DNA from: Deltaproteobacteria bacterium
GTDB lineage: Bacteria > Desulfobacterota > Binatia > Binatales > Binataceae
Direction of reading: 5' to 3'
Assembly: GCA_019237115.1 (NCBI GenBank)
Contig: JAFAHS010000399.1
Location: 52,018-84,017 of the forward strand
Length of the DNA: 32,000 nucleotides
The translations under genes were made by a program, and so were the position numbers. Each line of letters begins with the position of its first letter. Positions within the stretch are counted from its first letter, which is position 1. Under the pieces are notes generated by a model, which searched no databases, had not been told where the DNA came from, and saw nothing but the letters and a program-made list of their open reading frames with translations. This document shows, one piece after another, positions 24,335 to 32,000 of this stretch.

Positions 24335-24484
24335 GGCAGGGCCGCGTCCGGCGACGAGGTCTTCTTCAATGTTAGCAGGCGCGGCTCGCGACCCAAGTCA
24401 CCAGATCGTGCGATCCGGTCAGTGGCACGGAGAAAGCGAGCCTGCCGCGCCGCGCCTTTTCAGGTGCACTCAGCTTCGGTCGCG

Positions 24485-25306
24485 TTATGCTTTCTTGGCG
24501 AACGGACGGTCGCGCTCGGTGAGCGCGGATTTGAGACCCCTCTCGCGGCTCGCCTTCATCCAGTTGCGCACCGTATCCGTTTGGTGCGCGATCACGTCGA
24601 TATCGGCCGAGGACTGCTCGGCCGCTCGGATGCCGAGAATGTCCAGGTAGCGGTTCACCGCCGCCTTGTGCAGCATCAGCAGCTCGGCCGGTACCAGAGC
24701 GACGCGCCGCGCGTACGCTAGGGTTTCCTCCTCGAGCTTCTCGCGCGGATAGACCCGATTCACCAGGTGCCATTCCAGCGCTTCCGGGGCGCTCATGTAG
24801 TCGCCGGTAAAGAAATATTCCTTGGTTTTGCGCGGACCCATGAGCACCGGCCACATGGAAAGGGTTGGCAAGATTCCGAGCGCGCGTCCGGCGGGATGCC
24901 CAAACTGCGCGTCCTCACTGGCAAACACGATGTCGCAGTGGCCGATGAATTCGGTGCCACCGGCCAGACAGAATCCATGGACCTGGGCGATGGTTGGCTT
25001 GGGCAAACTCCACAGCCGCTGCCAGCGTTCGATGGTTCGGTGCAAACCCAGCCGGTCGTTGGTAACGGTAAAAGTCGACCCCGGATGCTGGGTTCCCTGC
25101 AGATCGTAACCCGCGGAAAATGCCCGGCCCGCGCCGCGGATAATCAGGACACTCGCCTCCGGGTCGGCGGAATACTCGTCCATGACCTGATCAAGCTCCG
25201 CCAACAGCTTCTGCGAAAGCGCATTGAGCTTCTCGGGGCGATTCAGCGTCAGCCGGAAAATCTTGTCTTCGACCTTTTCGTAGATAACGGTCTCGTAGCT
25301 GGCCAT
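24485..25306 (-). CDS. Enoyl-CoA hydratase/isomerase (crotonase) family protein
   Basis: IFRLTLNRPEKLNAL...VLIIRGAGRAFSAGYDL...AQVHGFCLAGGTEF is a typical crotonase fold. Start set at ATG 25306, with GGAGG 7 nt upstream; the track start 25312 is a TTG too close to the SD. Confidence 0.9.
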   Translation of the reverse strand: MASYETVIYEKVEDKIFRLTLNRPEKLNALSQKLLAELDQVMDEYSADPEASVLIIRGAGRAFSAGYDLQGTQHPGSTFTVTNDRLGLHRTIERWQRLWSLPKPTIAQVHGFCLAGGTEFIGHCDIVFASEDAQFGHPAGRALGILPTLSMWPVLMGPRKTKEYFFTGDYMSAPEALEWHLVNRVYPREKLEEETLAYARRVALVPAELLMLHKAAVNRYLDILGIRAAEQSSADIDVIAHQTDTVRNWMKASRERGLKSALTERDRPFAKKA

Positions 25307-25321
25307 TTCCAAACCTCCGCG

Positions 25322-26161
25322 CTAGTTGGCTGTGAGAAAATCGATCGCGACCCGGGTTGCCTCCTGGGGCGCCTCCCAAAAAAACATGTGGCCGATGCCC
25401 TTGAGGATTTGTTTGCGCGAACCCGCGATACCCTGGTTAAGCAAGTCCGCGTTCTGCACCGGAACGATGGCGTCGTCGTCACCCTGAAGGATCAGAGTGG
25501 GCATCTTGATCTGCGCCAGCCGTGCATAGCTGTCGAACCCGCTGATCGCACCGAACTGCCGCATGAAGGTGTGCGGCGGGGTTATCGGATACTTGGCCGA
25601 CTCGATTAGTTGCTCTTCGATGAATTTCTGACCCGCCTCCGAGGCGGTGAATGCCTTTCCGCATGCGACTGAAAATGCGGCACGGGCGGCATCCGCGGGC
25701 GACATCCCGGGCTGCGGCATCAGCCTGGCGAGGTCTTCCGGTTTGCCCGGAATCGAATGCGATATGCCGCAGTTGGTGCAGCCCAGCACCAGGCGCTGGA
25801 CGCGCTCGGGGTAGGTCAACGCGTATTCCTGCGCAATCATGCCGCCCATAGAAATGCCAAAGATGTGAGTCGGCGACAGCTTGGCGTGCTCGAGAACCGC
25901 CGCAATATCATCAGCCATGTCGCGCAGCGTCCAGGCAACGTCCGGCTTGTCGCTCTCGCCGGTGCCGCGGTTGTCGATCACGACCAGCCGGAAACGATTC
26001 TCCAGCAGGTTGAGAAATCGTTCGCTCCAGGCGCGTCCCGAACCACTGAATCCCATTATGAGCGCTACCGGTGCGCCCGACCCCCGAACTTCGTAGCGAA
26101 GTTTCAAGCCGTCCTTGTTGCGCGCAAACTCGCGTATCCCCACGCTCAAATCTCCAATCAA
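25322..26161 (-). CDS. Alpha/beta hydrolase fold protein
   Basis: 279 aa. The sequence reads LRYEVRGSGAPVALIMGF...VVIDNRGTGESD. The nucleophile elbow is GISMGG. The C-terminal D...GHMFFWE block fits a Ser-Asp-His triad. The start (TTG 26161) is uncertain. Confidence 0.85.
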   Translation of the reverse strand: MIGDLSVGIREFARNKDGLKLRYEVRGSGAPVALIMGFSGSGRAWSERFLNLLENRFRLVVIDNRGTGESDKPDVAWTLRDMADDIAAVLEHAKLSPTHIFGISMGGMIAQEYALTYPERVQRLVLGCTNCGISHSIPGKPEDLARLMPQPGMSPADAARAAFSVACGKAFTASEAGQKFIEEQLIESAKYPITPPHTFMRQFGAISGFDSYARLAQIKMPTLILQGDDDAIVPVQNADLLNQGIAGSRKQILKGIGHMFFWEAPQEATRVAIDFLTAN

Positions 26162-26199
26162 CCAATGTGGCGGAACAGTAGCACGGGCCGCCGCAAAGG

Positions 26200-27051
26200 T
26201 CAGACGATCCAGCTTTTCGCCAGCTCCTCCAATTCCGCGTCGTATTTGTCCGCCGCCAGCGTGGGCGGGAATAGAACCAGTCGATGTGCGCCCGCGGCGC
26301 GGTAGGCCTCGACCGCTGCCCGCGAATCTCCGCCACCCACCGGCGAGAAGATGGTTATTTCAAGCTTCGAAAAATCGCGATTCACATCCGCGCAGAGCTG
26401 ACGCAGCTTCGCCAGTTCGGTCTTGAGATCGTCCGGCTTGAGCGCGATCGGGGCCCATCCGTCGCCAATCAGCGCGGTGTTGCGGAGCGCACGCTCGCCA
26501 CCGGCTCCGATGTGCACCGGCGGATGCGGCTTTTGCGCCGGCTTGGGATTGCTGCGAAGCGCCGGGAACTTCACAAATTCCCCTTCGAAGCTTGCTTCCT
26601 CTCGCGTCCACAGTTCCTTCATCGCGCGGATATACTCGCGCGTCATCGGCCAGCGTCGGCGAAAATCGACACCCATGATCTCGCTCTCGTCGCGCAGCCA
26701 GCCCGCGCCGATTCCGAACAACATCCTCCCACCCGAGTAGTAGTCGAGGGTCGCGACCTCTTTGGCCAGGTTGAAGGGATCACGTTCAGGGACCAGGCAG
26801 ATTCCCGTACCGAGCTTGATGCGATTGGTCGCGCCGGCCGCGAGCGCAAGTCCCACGAACGGATCGATCATGTGCGAGTAGACTTCCGGGATTTTGCCGT
26901 CGCCCCGTGGGAACGGAGTCTTGGGGTTGACCGGCATTATCGCGTGCTCGGGCAGCCAGAATGACTCAAACCCCAGAGCCTCGCACTTGCGCGCGACCGC
27001 AACCGGATGAGCGGTCGACGACGCCACGAACGCCAGCACTCCGATTTTCAT
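26200..27051 (-). CDS. Luciferase-like monooxygenase (LLM) class, probable F420-dependent oxidoreductase
   Basis: The sequence ALGFESFWLPEH...TNRIKLGTGICLVPERDPFNLAKEVATLDYYSGGRMLFGIGAGW...FEGEFVKF matches the LLM TIM-barrel pattern. ATG 27051 has GGAGG 5 nt upstream. Confidence 0.85.
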   Translation of the reverse strand: MKIGVLAFVASSTAHPVAVARKCEALGFESFWLPEHAIMPVNPKTPFPRGDGKIPEVYSHMIDPFVGLALAAGATNRIKLGTGICLVPERDPFNLAKEVATLDYYSGGRMLFGIGAGWLRDESEIMGVDFRRRWPMTREYIRAMKELWTREEASFEGEFVKFPALRSNPKPAQKPHPPVHIGAGGERALRNTALIGDGWAPIALKPDDLKTELAKLRQLCADVNRDFSKLEITIFSPVGGGDSRAAVEAYRAAGAHRLVLFPPTLAADKYDAELEELAKSWIV

Positions 27052-27375
27052 GCTCACCTCCGCCCGCGTGGGTAGAGGTACTAGTAGCGCGAATCGAACC
27101 GAGGGGGGTATCGAAACGACCGGGCCGGAGTCTCAGCGATCGCGGACGCGACCGTCATCGAGAGTCGTACACCGCCGAACCCTCGACGGCGCGTCCGGGC
27201 TCCCTGCACTCACTCCCAATGCTCAACAAAGCCCGCTCAACCACGACGACGTCGCACACCTGATGGCCAGGGTGCGCGCACGGCAGTCTTCACCGACGCC
27301 CCTTTATCTCCGAGGTGGTTGTACGGCAACGAGAGAGCTGTGGCTTTTGAAGCCGACCTTGGTTTTGCGTACCGT

Positions 27376-27615
27376 TTACAGTTCGCCGTTGAGGGCCCGC
27401 GTGGCCATCACCAGCCCGGTGGCACCCAGGGTGGAAACCATTATCGCGCTGAACAGATGATGGGCATGCACTCCGAACACGGCAAATGTCCATCCGCCCA
27501 CGATTCCGCCGAGCAATCCGAGCAAGATGTCGGCAATTACCCCGTAGCCTCTTCCGCGGATCAGCTTTCCGGCCAGCCATCCGGAAATGAGTCCGACTAA
27601 AACCGACGCAATCAT
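27376..27615 (-). CDS. GlsB/YeaQ/YmgE family (transglycosylase-associated) small stress membrane protein
   Basis: 79 aa. GLISGWLAGKL.RGRGYG...DILLGLLGGIVGGW is the family signature. AAGGAG lies upstream. Confidence 0.85.
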   Translation of the reverse strand: MIASVLVGLISGWLAGKLIRGRGYGVIADILLGLLGGIVGGWTFAVFGVHAHHLFSAIMVSTLGATGLVMATRALNGEL

Positions 27616-27882
27616 CTATGCTGCACACTCCTTTGTTGTGAGCCGGCGTCGAACCGGCTGCACAGGACTAACAGCAAAAGGTCTGCCAAGTTTCCCGATA
27701 AGCAGATCCGATGAAATTTGCGCGGTACTCGGGCGAAGGTGCCGTAATCTCACTGCGGTAGCGCCGCGTGGCCGCTGCTTTCACCAACCCGTCAGGACCT
27801 CAAGCGGTCTTCGAGGCGGGCAGCCTGGGCCCTGCCGATTCTTCGTTCGGAGAGAGGGAAACCGTCCGTGCGGAAGCGATGC

Positions 27883-28356
27883 CTACCCGCCGAAAAAATC
27901 CTTGGCGTACACGAATCTGCCCACGCCGGCGGCGCGGGCCGCCCGTTCGTCGACTTCCTGATCGCCGACCATCGTCGAGGTTTTCAGATCCACGCCGTAG
28001 AGTTCCGCGAGCTCGCTTACCATTCCGCCCTGCGGCTTGCGGCAATGGCACTTGTCGGCATCGTCGTGGGGACAGATTTGCCAGGCGGTGAGAATACCGC
28101 CGAGCTGGTTATCGAGTTCGCTCAGCGCGGCTTCGACCGCGGCCATCGTAAAGCGTCCCCGCTTGATCTTGGATTGGTTGGTCACGATGAGCAGCAAGTG
28201 ATCCCGAATGGGGGCCAGCTTTTCCGCGACGCCCGGGAGCAACTCGACAACGATCCTGCCCCGGGCATCAACCGGCAGCTCGTTATCGCGGTCGAGCCGC
28301 ACCAGGGTGCCGCCGAGGTCGAGAAACAACCCCTTGTTTCCGGTGATGTCTGCCAT
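27883..28356 (-). CDS. HAD superfamily subfamily IIIA phosphatase, GmhB/histidinol-phosphatase-like (atypical motif I)
   Basis: 157 aa. Motif II is IVTNQS. The Zn-finger-type insert CPHDDADKCHCRKP is diagnostic of the GmhB/HisB-N group. Motif IV is MVGDQEVDE. Motif I reads FLDLGGTL (DxG) instead of DxDGT. Confidence 0.8.
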   Translation of the reverse strand: MADITGNKGLFLDLGGTLVRLDRDNELPVDARGRIVVELLPGVAEKLAPIRDHLLLIVTNQSKIKRGRFTMAAVEAALSELDNQLGGILTAWQICPHDDADKCHCRKPQGGMVSELAELYGVDLKTSTMVGDQEVDERAARAAGVGRFVYAKDFFGG

Positions 28357-28381
28357 CAGGTTCGTCAGCCGATGGCTATCT

Positions 28382-29740
28382 TCACGCGGCGCGCCAGTCC
28401 AGGTGATCGCGAACGTGCGCGAAGACCTCGTCGAGGATCGCCACCCCGGTCTCGGCCTGTTCTTCGCTGATGACCAGCGGCGGATTGATCCGGACGCGCG
28501 GAAAATAGGTCATCGTGATGACTCCGCGGCGTAGTGCTTCGAGGAAAATCTGCTCGGTCACCCTGCGGCTTAGGGGTTCGCGCGTCTTGAGATCGCGCAC
28601 CAGATCGATTCCAATCAGCAGCCCTTTCCCGCGCACGTCGCCGATGAACTCGTACTTCTCTTTGAGCGTGTTCAGGCGGTGCAGCATCTGGCCACCGATT
28701 TTGCGGGAGTTGTCAACGAGCTTTTCATCCTTGATGATCTTGATGGTTTCGGCAACCGCCGCCGCGGCAAGTGGATTCCCACCGTAGCTCGAGGACGACG
28801 CGCTGGGCTTGCCGAACGGCTCCGACTTGCCGAGCTGCTCGCTCATCAGCACCGCGGACACCGGAAAGCCCGCGCCCATTCCCTTGCCCAGGGTAACGAT
28901 ATCGGGCTCTACCCCGGTATGATCAATGCCCCACATCTTGCCGGTGCGACCAAAGCCGGTAATCATTTCGTCGGCGATGAGCAGGGCGCCGTTTTCCTTT
29001 GCGACCGACTTGATCGCGGGCAGCCAATCATCCGGCGGGATTACGTTGCCGGCGGTCCCCTGCATCGGCTCGACCAGCACGGCCGCGACTTCTCCTGCCG
29101 AGGAATTCTTGATTTGGTCGCGCGCAAACTCGACGCACAGCAGACCACACGAGGGGTGCGTCAACTTGAATGGGCAGCGATAGCAGTCCGCATAGGGGAC
29201 CTGGTAGCGTCCGCCAGGCAGTGGTCCATAACCCTTCTTCGACTCGTCACCAATCAGGCCAAGTACCCCACCGGTCTTGCCGTGAAATCCTCCCCAGAAG
29301 CTTACGACCTCGTGCTTCTTGGTCGCGGAACGGGCCAGGCGCAAGCCCGCCTCTACCGCCTCGGCCCCGCCGCTATACAGATGCGAACGATTCAAACCCT
29401 TCGGGGCAACCTCCGACAGCAGCCTGAAGGCCTCGCTGCGTTCCCTGGTGGCAAAGGTTCCAACCGACAGGCGTTCGGCCTGTTTGCTGATGACTTTCGC
29501 CATCCGCGGATGTCCATGGCCGAGGCTTGCCACCGCGATGCCTGCGTAGAGATCGATGTAGGTATTGCCGTCGGCGTCGGTGAGGGTGGCGCCTTCGCCA
29601 TGGTCCAACGCGATGCCTGCCAATTGCGAGACCCGTTGGCGCCCGGATGCAACGTACTTCTGTTCTTCGTCGTAGATCTTGCGGGATTCAGGTCCTGGAA
29701 TAGCGGTCTTGATGGAGTGCAGTTTAACCTTCGGTGTCAT
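28382..29740 (-). CDS. Class-III (GabT/omega-type) PLP-dependent aminotransferase
   Basis: 452 aa. IPGPES...DADGNTYIDLYAGIAVASLGHGHP, LIADEMITGFGRTGKMWG and the Lys block TLGKGMGAGFPVSA are present. Confidence 0.9.
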   Translation of the reverse strand: MTPKVKLHSIKTAIPGPESRKIYDEEQKYVASGRQRVSQLAGIALDHGEGATLTDADGNTYIDLYAGIAVASLGHGHPRMAKVISKQAERLSVGTFATRERSEAFRLLSEVAPKGLNRSHLYSGGAEAVEAGLRLARSATKKHEVVSFWGGFHGKTGGVLGLIGDESKKGYGPLPGGRYQVPYADCYRCPFKLTHPSCGLLCVEFARDQIKNSSAGEVAAVLVEPMQGTAGNVIPPDDWLPAIKSVAKENGALLIADEMITGFGRTGKMWGIDHTGVEPDIVTLGKGMGAGFPVSAVLMSEQLGKSEPFGKPSASSSSYGGNPLAAAAVAETIKIIKDEKLVDNSRKIGGQMLHRLNTLKEKYEFIGDVRGKGLLIGIDLVRDLKTREPLSRRVTEQIFLEALRRGVITMTYFPRVRINPPLVISEEQAETGVAILDEVFAHVRDHLDWRAA

Positions 29741-29782
29741 CAGCTGTGCGCGTCACGCCCTTCCCAAACTTGGTGCTAGAGG

Positions 29783-30604
29783 CTACCGCGCACGAGCAAG
29801 CAACGAAAGGGCCCGTCGTGCTATCGCCCGGGCGGCGGGGGCGCGCACCCGGCTGAAGCTCGGCCAATCGTTGAAGTCGACTATCGCAAATCCGCGCTCA
29901 TCCAGAATGGCATCACCGCCCCAGACTTCCAGGCCAAGCGCGGCAGAGGCTTTACGCGCCGCCTCTGAAAGCTCGCGAACCGCTGCTTCCGGAATTTCGC
30001 CGGCGGCCGGCAGGGCGGTGAAGTACGCGCCGCCACCAACGCCGTAGAATTTGATGAGCGCTCCGGGGCATTCCTGCTGTACGTAGGCACGCCGCACACC
30101 GCGGCGCGCCAGGGCGTTGAGCTGGACCTCCACCTGCCCCTTCCCGACTGCTCGCTGCACGTCCTCCTCCCCCAGCGCATGCAGATCACCGCGCTTGACG
30201 AACACGGGCAGATCGAGATCGATCGCCCCCAGCACGCGGTGGTCGAGCCGTTCGTCGGTGCGAACCAGCGCCCCGGCCGGCGTGGGAACACCGGCCCGGG
30301 TGAGCCCCGGTGCCAGCAGGTCGCGATAGCAGTTGCGGATGGCGAGTGCCGAGTTGATGGCTACCGCACCGGTGCGCTCGACCTCCGCCAGGCGCCGTAG
30401 CGCCGGCTCGCTCTGGCACATCGCGAGCACCAGATCGGTGCTGACTTCGTGCTGGTCGAGAAACTCCCCGGGTGTCATCGCCCGGGTCTCGACCCCTTCC
30501 CGGCGCAATTCGGCCAGTGACTCTTCGAGGATCGCAGCGTCAGCGGCGACCTTGCCCGGCGAAAATTCCCGCTCGCGGTAGATTCCGATTGTTCGATAAC
30601 TCAT
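29783..30604 (-). CDS. ATP-grasp ligase (RimK/glutathione-synthetase-like)
   Basis: Track ORF 29783..30895 trimmed to ATG 30604, 2 nt after the upstream stop. The upstream part of that ORF overlaps the nucleotidyltransferase gene out of frame. PVFVKRGD, YVQQECPGALIKFYGVGG and LGLEVWGGDAILDERGFAIVDFNDWPS fit the ATP-grasp Lys, hinge and Mg-ligand blocks. Confidence 0.7.
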   Translation of the reverse strand: MSYRTIGIYREREFSPGKVAADAAILEESLAELRREGVETRAMTPGEFLDQHEVSTDLVLAMCQSEPALRRLAEVERTGAVAINSALAIRNCYRDLLAPGLTRAGVPTPAGALVRTDERLDHRVLGAIDLDLPVFVKRGDLHALGEEDVQRAVGKGQVEVQLNALARRGVRRAYVQQECPGALIKFYGVGGGAYFTALPAAGEIPEAAVRELSEAARKASAALGLEVWGGDAILDERGFAIVDFNDWPSFSRVRAPAARAIARRALSLLARAR

Positions 30605-30606
30605 TG

Positions 30607-31311
30607 TCAACCCGCTAACATCCGGCGCGCGGCCTCGAGGTCGGCGGCTTCGTCTATATCGATCGCCCCTTCGACTTCGATGGCAGCGAGACGAACTTGT
30701 TCTTCCAGCAACATCTGTAGGAACGCCCGCAGAGCCGCCAGTTTGCGTTCGCGAGCAGCCGCCGACCACCGGAAGATCGTGGTCGGCAACCAGTACAATC
30801 CGGCGGTGACCAGCGAAGTCTCGCGCTGTCCCAGCGAGGCTATCAACCCCGTGCTGGTTACTTCTGCAAAGAGCGGTTTGCGGTCGCCGCGCCATTTCGC
30901 AACCGCCAGCACCCCATCCGCGAGCATTGGGAACCTCGAGGCGCGCGCCTGCGTAACAAACCGACGAAACTCGGGGTCCGGAACCATTGCATCGACGGTG
31001 GCAAGCAGAAAATCTCCCGCCGGCAACGCCTCGCCCAGCACCAGCAGCGATTCCATCGAGCTTTGCGTGTCGCGAACAATCAATCGCAGCTGCCGGGGAA
31101 AGCTGCTCCCGCGTGCCAGCGAAGCGGTTTCCGAATTCACTATCGCGAGCACCTCCCGCGCGCCCGAGGACACCATCGCGCCCGCCTGGCGAGCGAGCAG
31201 CGAAACACCGCCAACCTCGACCAGCGGCTTAGGCAGTTCCACGCCGCTGGAGGCTCGCAGTCGCTCGCCCCGACCCGCGGCGATTATCGCGCCCTGGAAA
31301 CCGGTCACCAT
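30607..31311 (-). CDS. Nucleotidyltransferase (LicC/MurU/HddC-like small NTP-transferase)
   Basis: Trimmed to ATG 31311. The N-terminal AIIAAGRGERL......LPKPLVEVGG is the sugar/alcohol-phosphate nucleotidylyltransferase signature. It is 234 aa with no left-handed beta-helix tail. The start overlaps the upstream stop (ATGGTGA at 31311..31305). Confidence 0.75.
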   Translation of the reverse strand: MVTGFQGAIIAAGRGERLRASSGVELPKPLVEVGGVSLLARQAGAMVSSGAREVLAIVNSETASLARGSSFPRQLRLIVRDTQSSMESLLVLGEALPAGDFLLATVDAMVPDPEFRRFVTQARASRFPMLADGVLAVAKWRGDRKPLFAEVTSTGLIASLGQRETSLVTAGLYWLPTTIFRWSAAARERKLAALRAFLQMLLEEQVRLAAIEVEGAIDIDEAADLEAARRMLAG

Positions 31312-32000
31312 CGCAGGTTCTCGAGTTCGCCCAAAGAGGCGATCGTATAGTCCGCGCTCGCACAGTACCGGCCGTCGGCCGACCCCCCCGCGCGATACCA
31401 CACGGTGGTAAGGCCCAGCCGGTGCGCCGGCTCGCAGTCCTTCTCCGGCGAATCGCCCACCATCGCAGCGGCCGCCGGTGGCACGCCCAGCCCGCGTAAC
31501 GCCGCCTCAAAGATTCCCGGTTGCGGCTTGAAGATGCCCACCTGACTGGAATCGGTAATCGAGTCGATCATCTTCTTCATGCCGGCTTCCTGCAAAATCC
31601 GCTCGAGATTTCCGTAGAAGTTAGACACCACCCCGATCCGAAAACGCCGCCTGAGCGCCTTAAGAGTTCCCCGATTCGCGTCCAGGCCCTCTCGCGTTGC
31701 GCCGATGAAGCCTGCGGCAATCTGCTCGACGGTTCGATGGCGCCCCTTGGCATCCGATGAAGCGAACCTCGCGCGCAGCCACTGCGGACCTTCCTGGGCG
31801 AGAAACTCGACCTGATTGCCGACCAGGAAACGGATCAAATCGACCATCCCGAAACGACGGATCACCCTGCCGGCCCGGTACCCCGCCCGAGTTGCGTGCT
31901 CGAAGGCGCCATCCAGTTCCTCGCGCGTAAGGTCGATTCCCGCAGCTCGATACTGGGCCAGGAACCGGTCGAGCCAGTGCAGCGGCCCATCGAGCGTGCC
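31305..32000 (-). CDS. HAD-IA family hydrolase (5' end outside the window)
   Basis: The frame stays open to the window edge. Translation from 32000 begins GTLDGPLHWL..., the tail of HAD motif I (DxDGTLxD). Motif II is GVVSNF, the motif III Lys is in IFKPQPGIF, and motif IV is MVGDSPEKD. The track start at 31865 is an internal GTG. Confidence 0.75.
   Translation of the reverse strand, partial: GTLDGPLHWLDRFLAQYRAAGIDLTREELDGAFEHATRAGYRAGRVIRRFGMVDLIRFLVGNQVEFLAQEGPQWLRARFASSDAKGRHRTVEQIAAGFIGATREGLDANRGTLKALRRRFRIGVVSNFYGNLERILQEAGMKKMIDSITDSSQVGIFKPQPGIFEAALRGLGVPPAAAAMVGDSPEKDCEPAHRLGLTTVWYRAGGSADGRYCASADYTIASLGELENLRW

Noticed and set aside
27085-27125. tRNA-like T-loop motif (minus strand GGTTCGATTCG) in the intergenic region upstream of the LLM gene
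   Set aside because: The flanking bases do not form a T-stem or acceptor stem, and no anticodon or D arm could be drawn. There is no tRNA here.
27125-27145. CUGAGA hexamer (minus strand) reminiscent of the TPP riboswitch
   Set aside because: Only the hexamer is present. The pyrophosphate-sensor helix consensus (ACCUGAUCUGGAUAAUGCCAGCG-like) is absent, and the downstream gene is not thiamine-related.
30605-30895. N-terminal extension of the ATP-grasp ORF (track ORF 29783..30895, 370 aa)
   Set aside because: The extension overlaps the 3' end of the nucleotidyltransferase gene in another frame and is Arg/Ser/Gly-rich. ATG 30604, 2 nt after the upstream stop, gives a normal ATP-grasp N-terminus.
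1-32000. Search for mobile elements, CRISPR arrays, defence systems, toxin-antitoxin pairs and rRNA/tRNA genes
   Set aside because: I noticed no transposase, integrase, Cas or reverse-transcriptase-like ORFs, no direct-repeat arrays and no terminal inverted repeats. The only gene-decay signal is the MFS pseudogene.

Overview
This is a high-GC (by eye), densely coding bacterial chromosomal window. I call about 31 protein genes. I saw no rRNA, tRNA, CRISPR array, transposase, integrase or phage-type gene. All family assignments come from reading motifs in the supplied translations; no database search was possible.

Layout:
- 1-4.7 kb: housekeeping genes. M50 site-2 protease, scpA and scpB lie on +; rhomboid protease and dnaB lie on -.
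- 4.8-7.5 kb: small enzymes (dienelactone hydrolase, a lipoprotein, nitroreductase, VOC/glyoxalase-fold) and one clean intrinsic terminator.
- 7.5-10.6 kb: a 913-aa UPF0182-type membrane protein with a small DUF1232-like partner.
- 10.7-14.0 kb: a translationally coupled TPP 2-oxoacid decarboxylase and AMP-forming acyl-CoA synthetase.
- 14.2-18.3 kb (+): a very tight three-gene operon. It encodes an SQD2/SqdX-like GT4 glycosyltransferase, a 756-aa membrane-anchored class-III aminotransferase fused to an Mpo1/DUF962-like domain, and a PEMT-type methyltransferase.
- 18.3-27.6 kb (-): a co-directional run of CMD-family protein, lipoprotein, DedA, an orphan 768-aa polytopic membrane protein, a disrupted DHA2 MFS transporter (pseudogene), crotonase, alpha/beta hydrolase, luciferase-like (F420-type) oxidoreductase and YeaQ/GlsB.
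- 27.9-32.0 kb (-): an operon that runs off the window. It encodes HAD-IA hydrolase, LicC/MurU-like nucleotidyltransferase, RimK-like ATP-grasp ligase, class-III aminotransferase and a GmhB-like HAD-IIIA phosphatase.

The two best candidates for undescribed systems are the 14.2-18.3 kb putative amino/N-methyl (glyco)lipid operon and the 27.9->32.0 kb nucleotidyltransferase/ATP-grasp/aminotransferase/HAD operon. Both functional readings are inference from domain content and gene order only.
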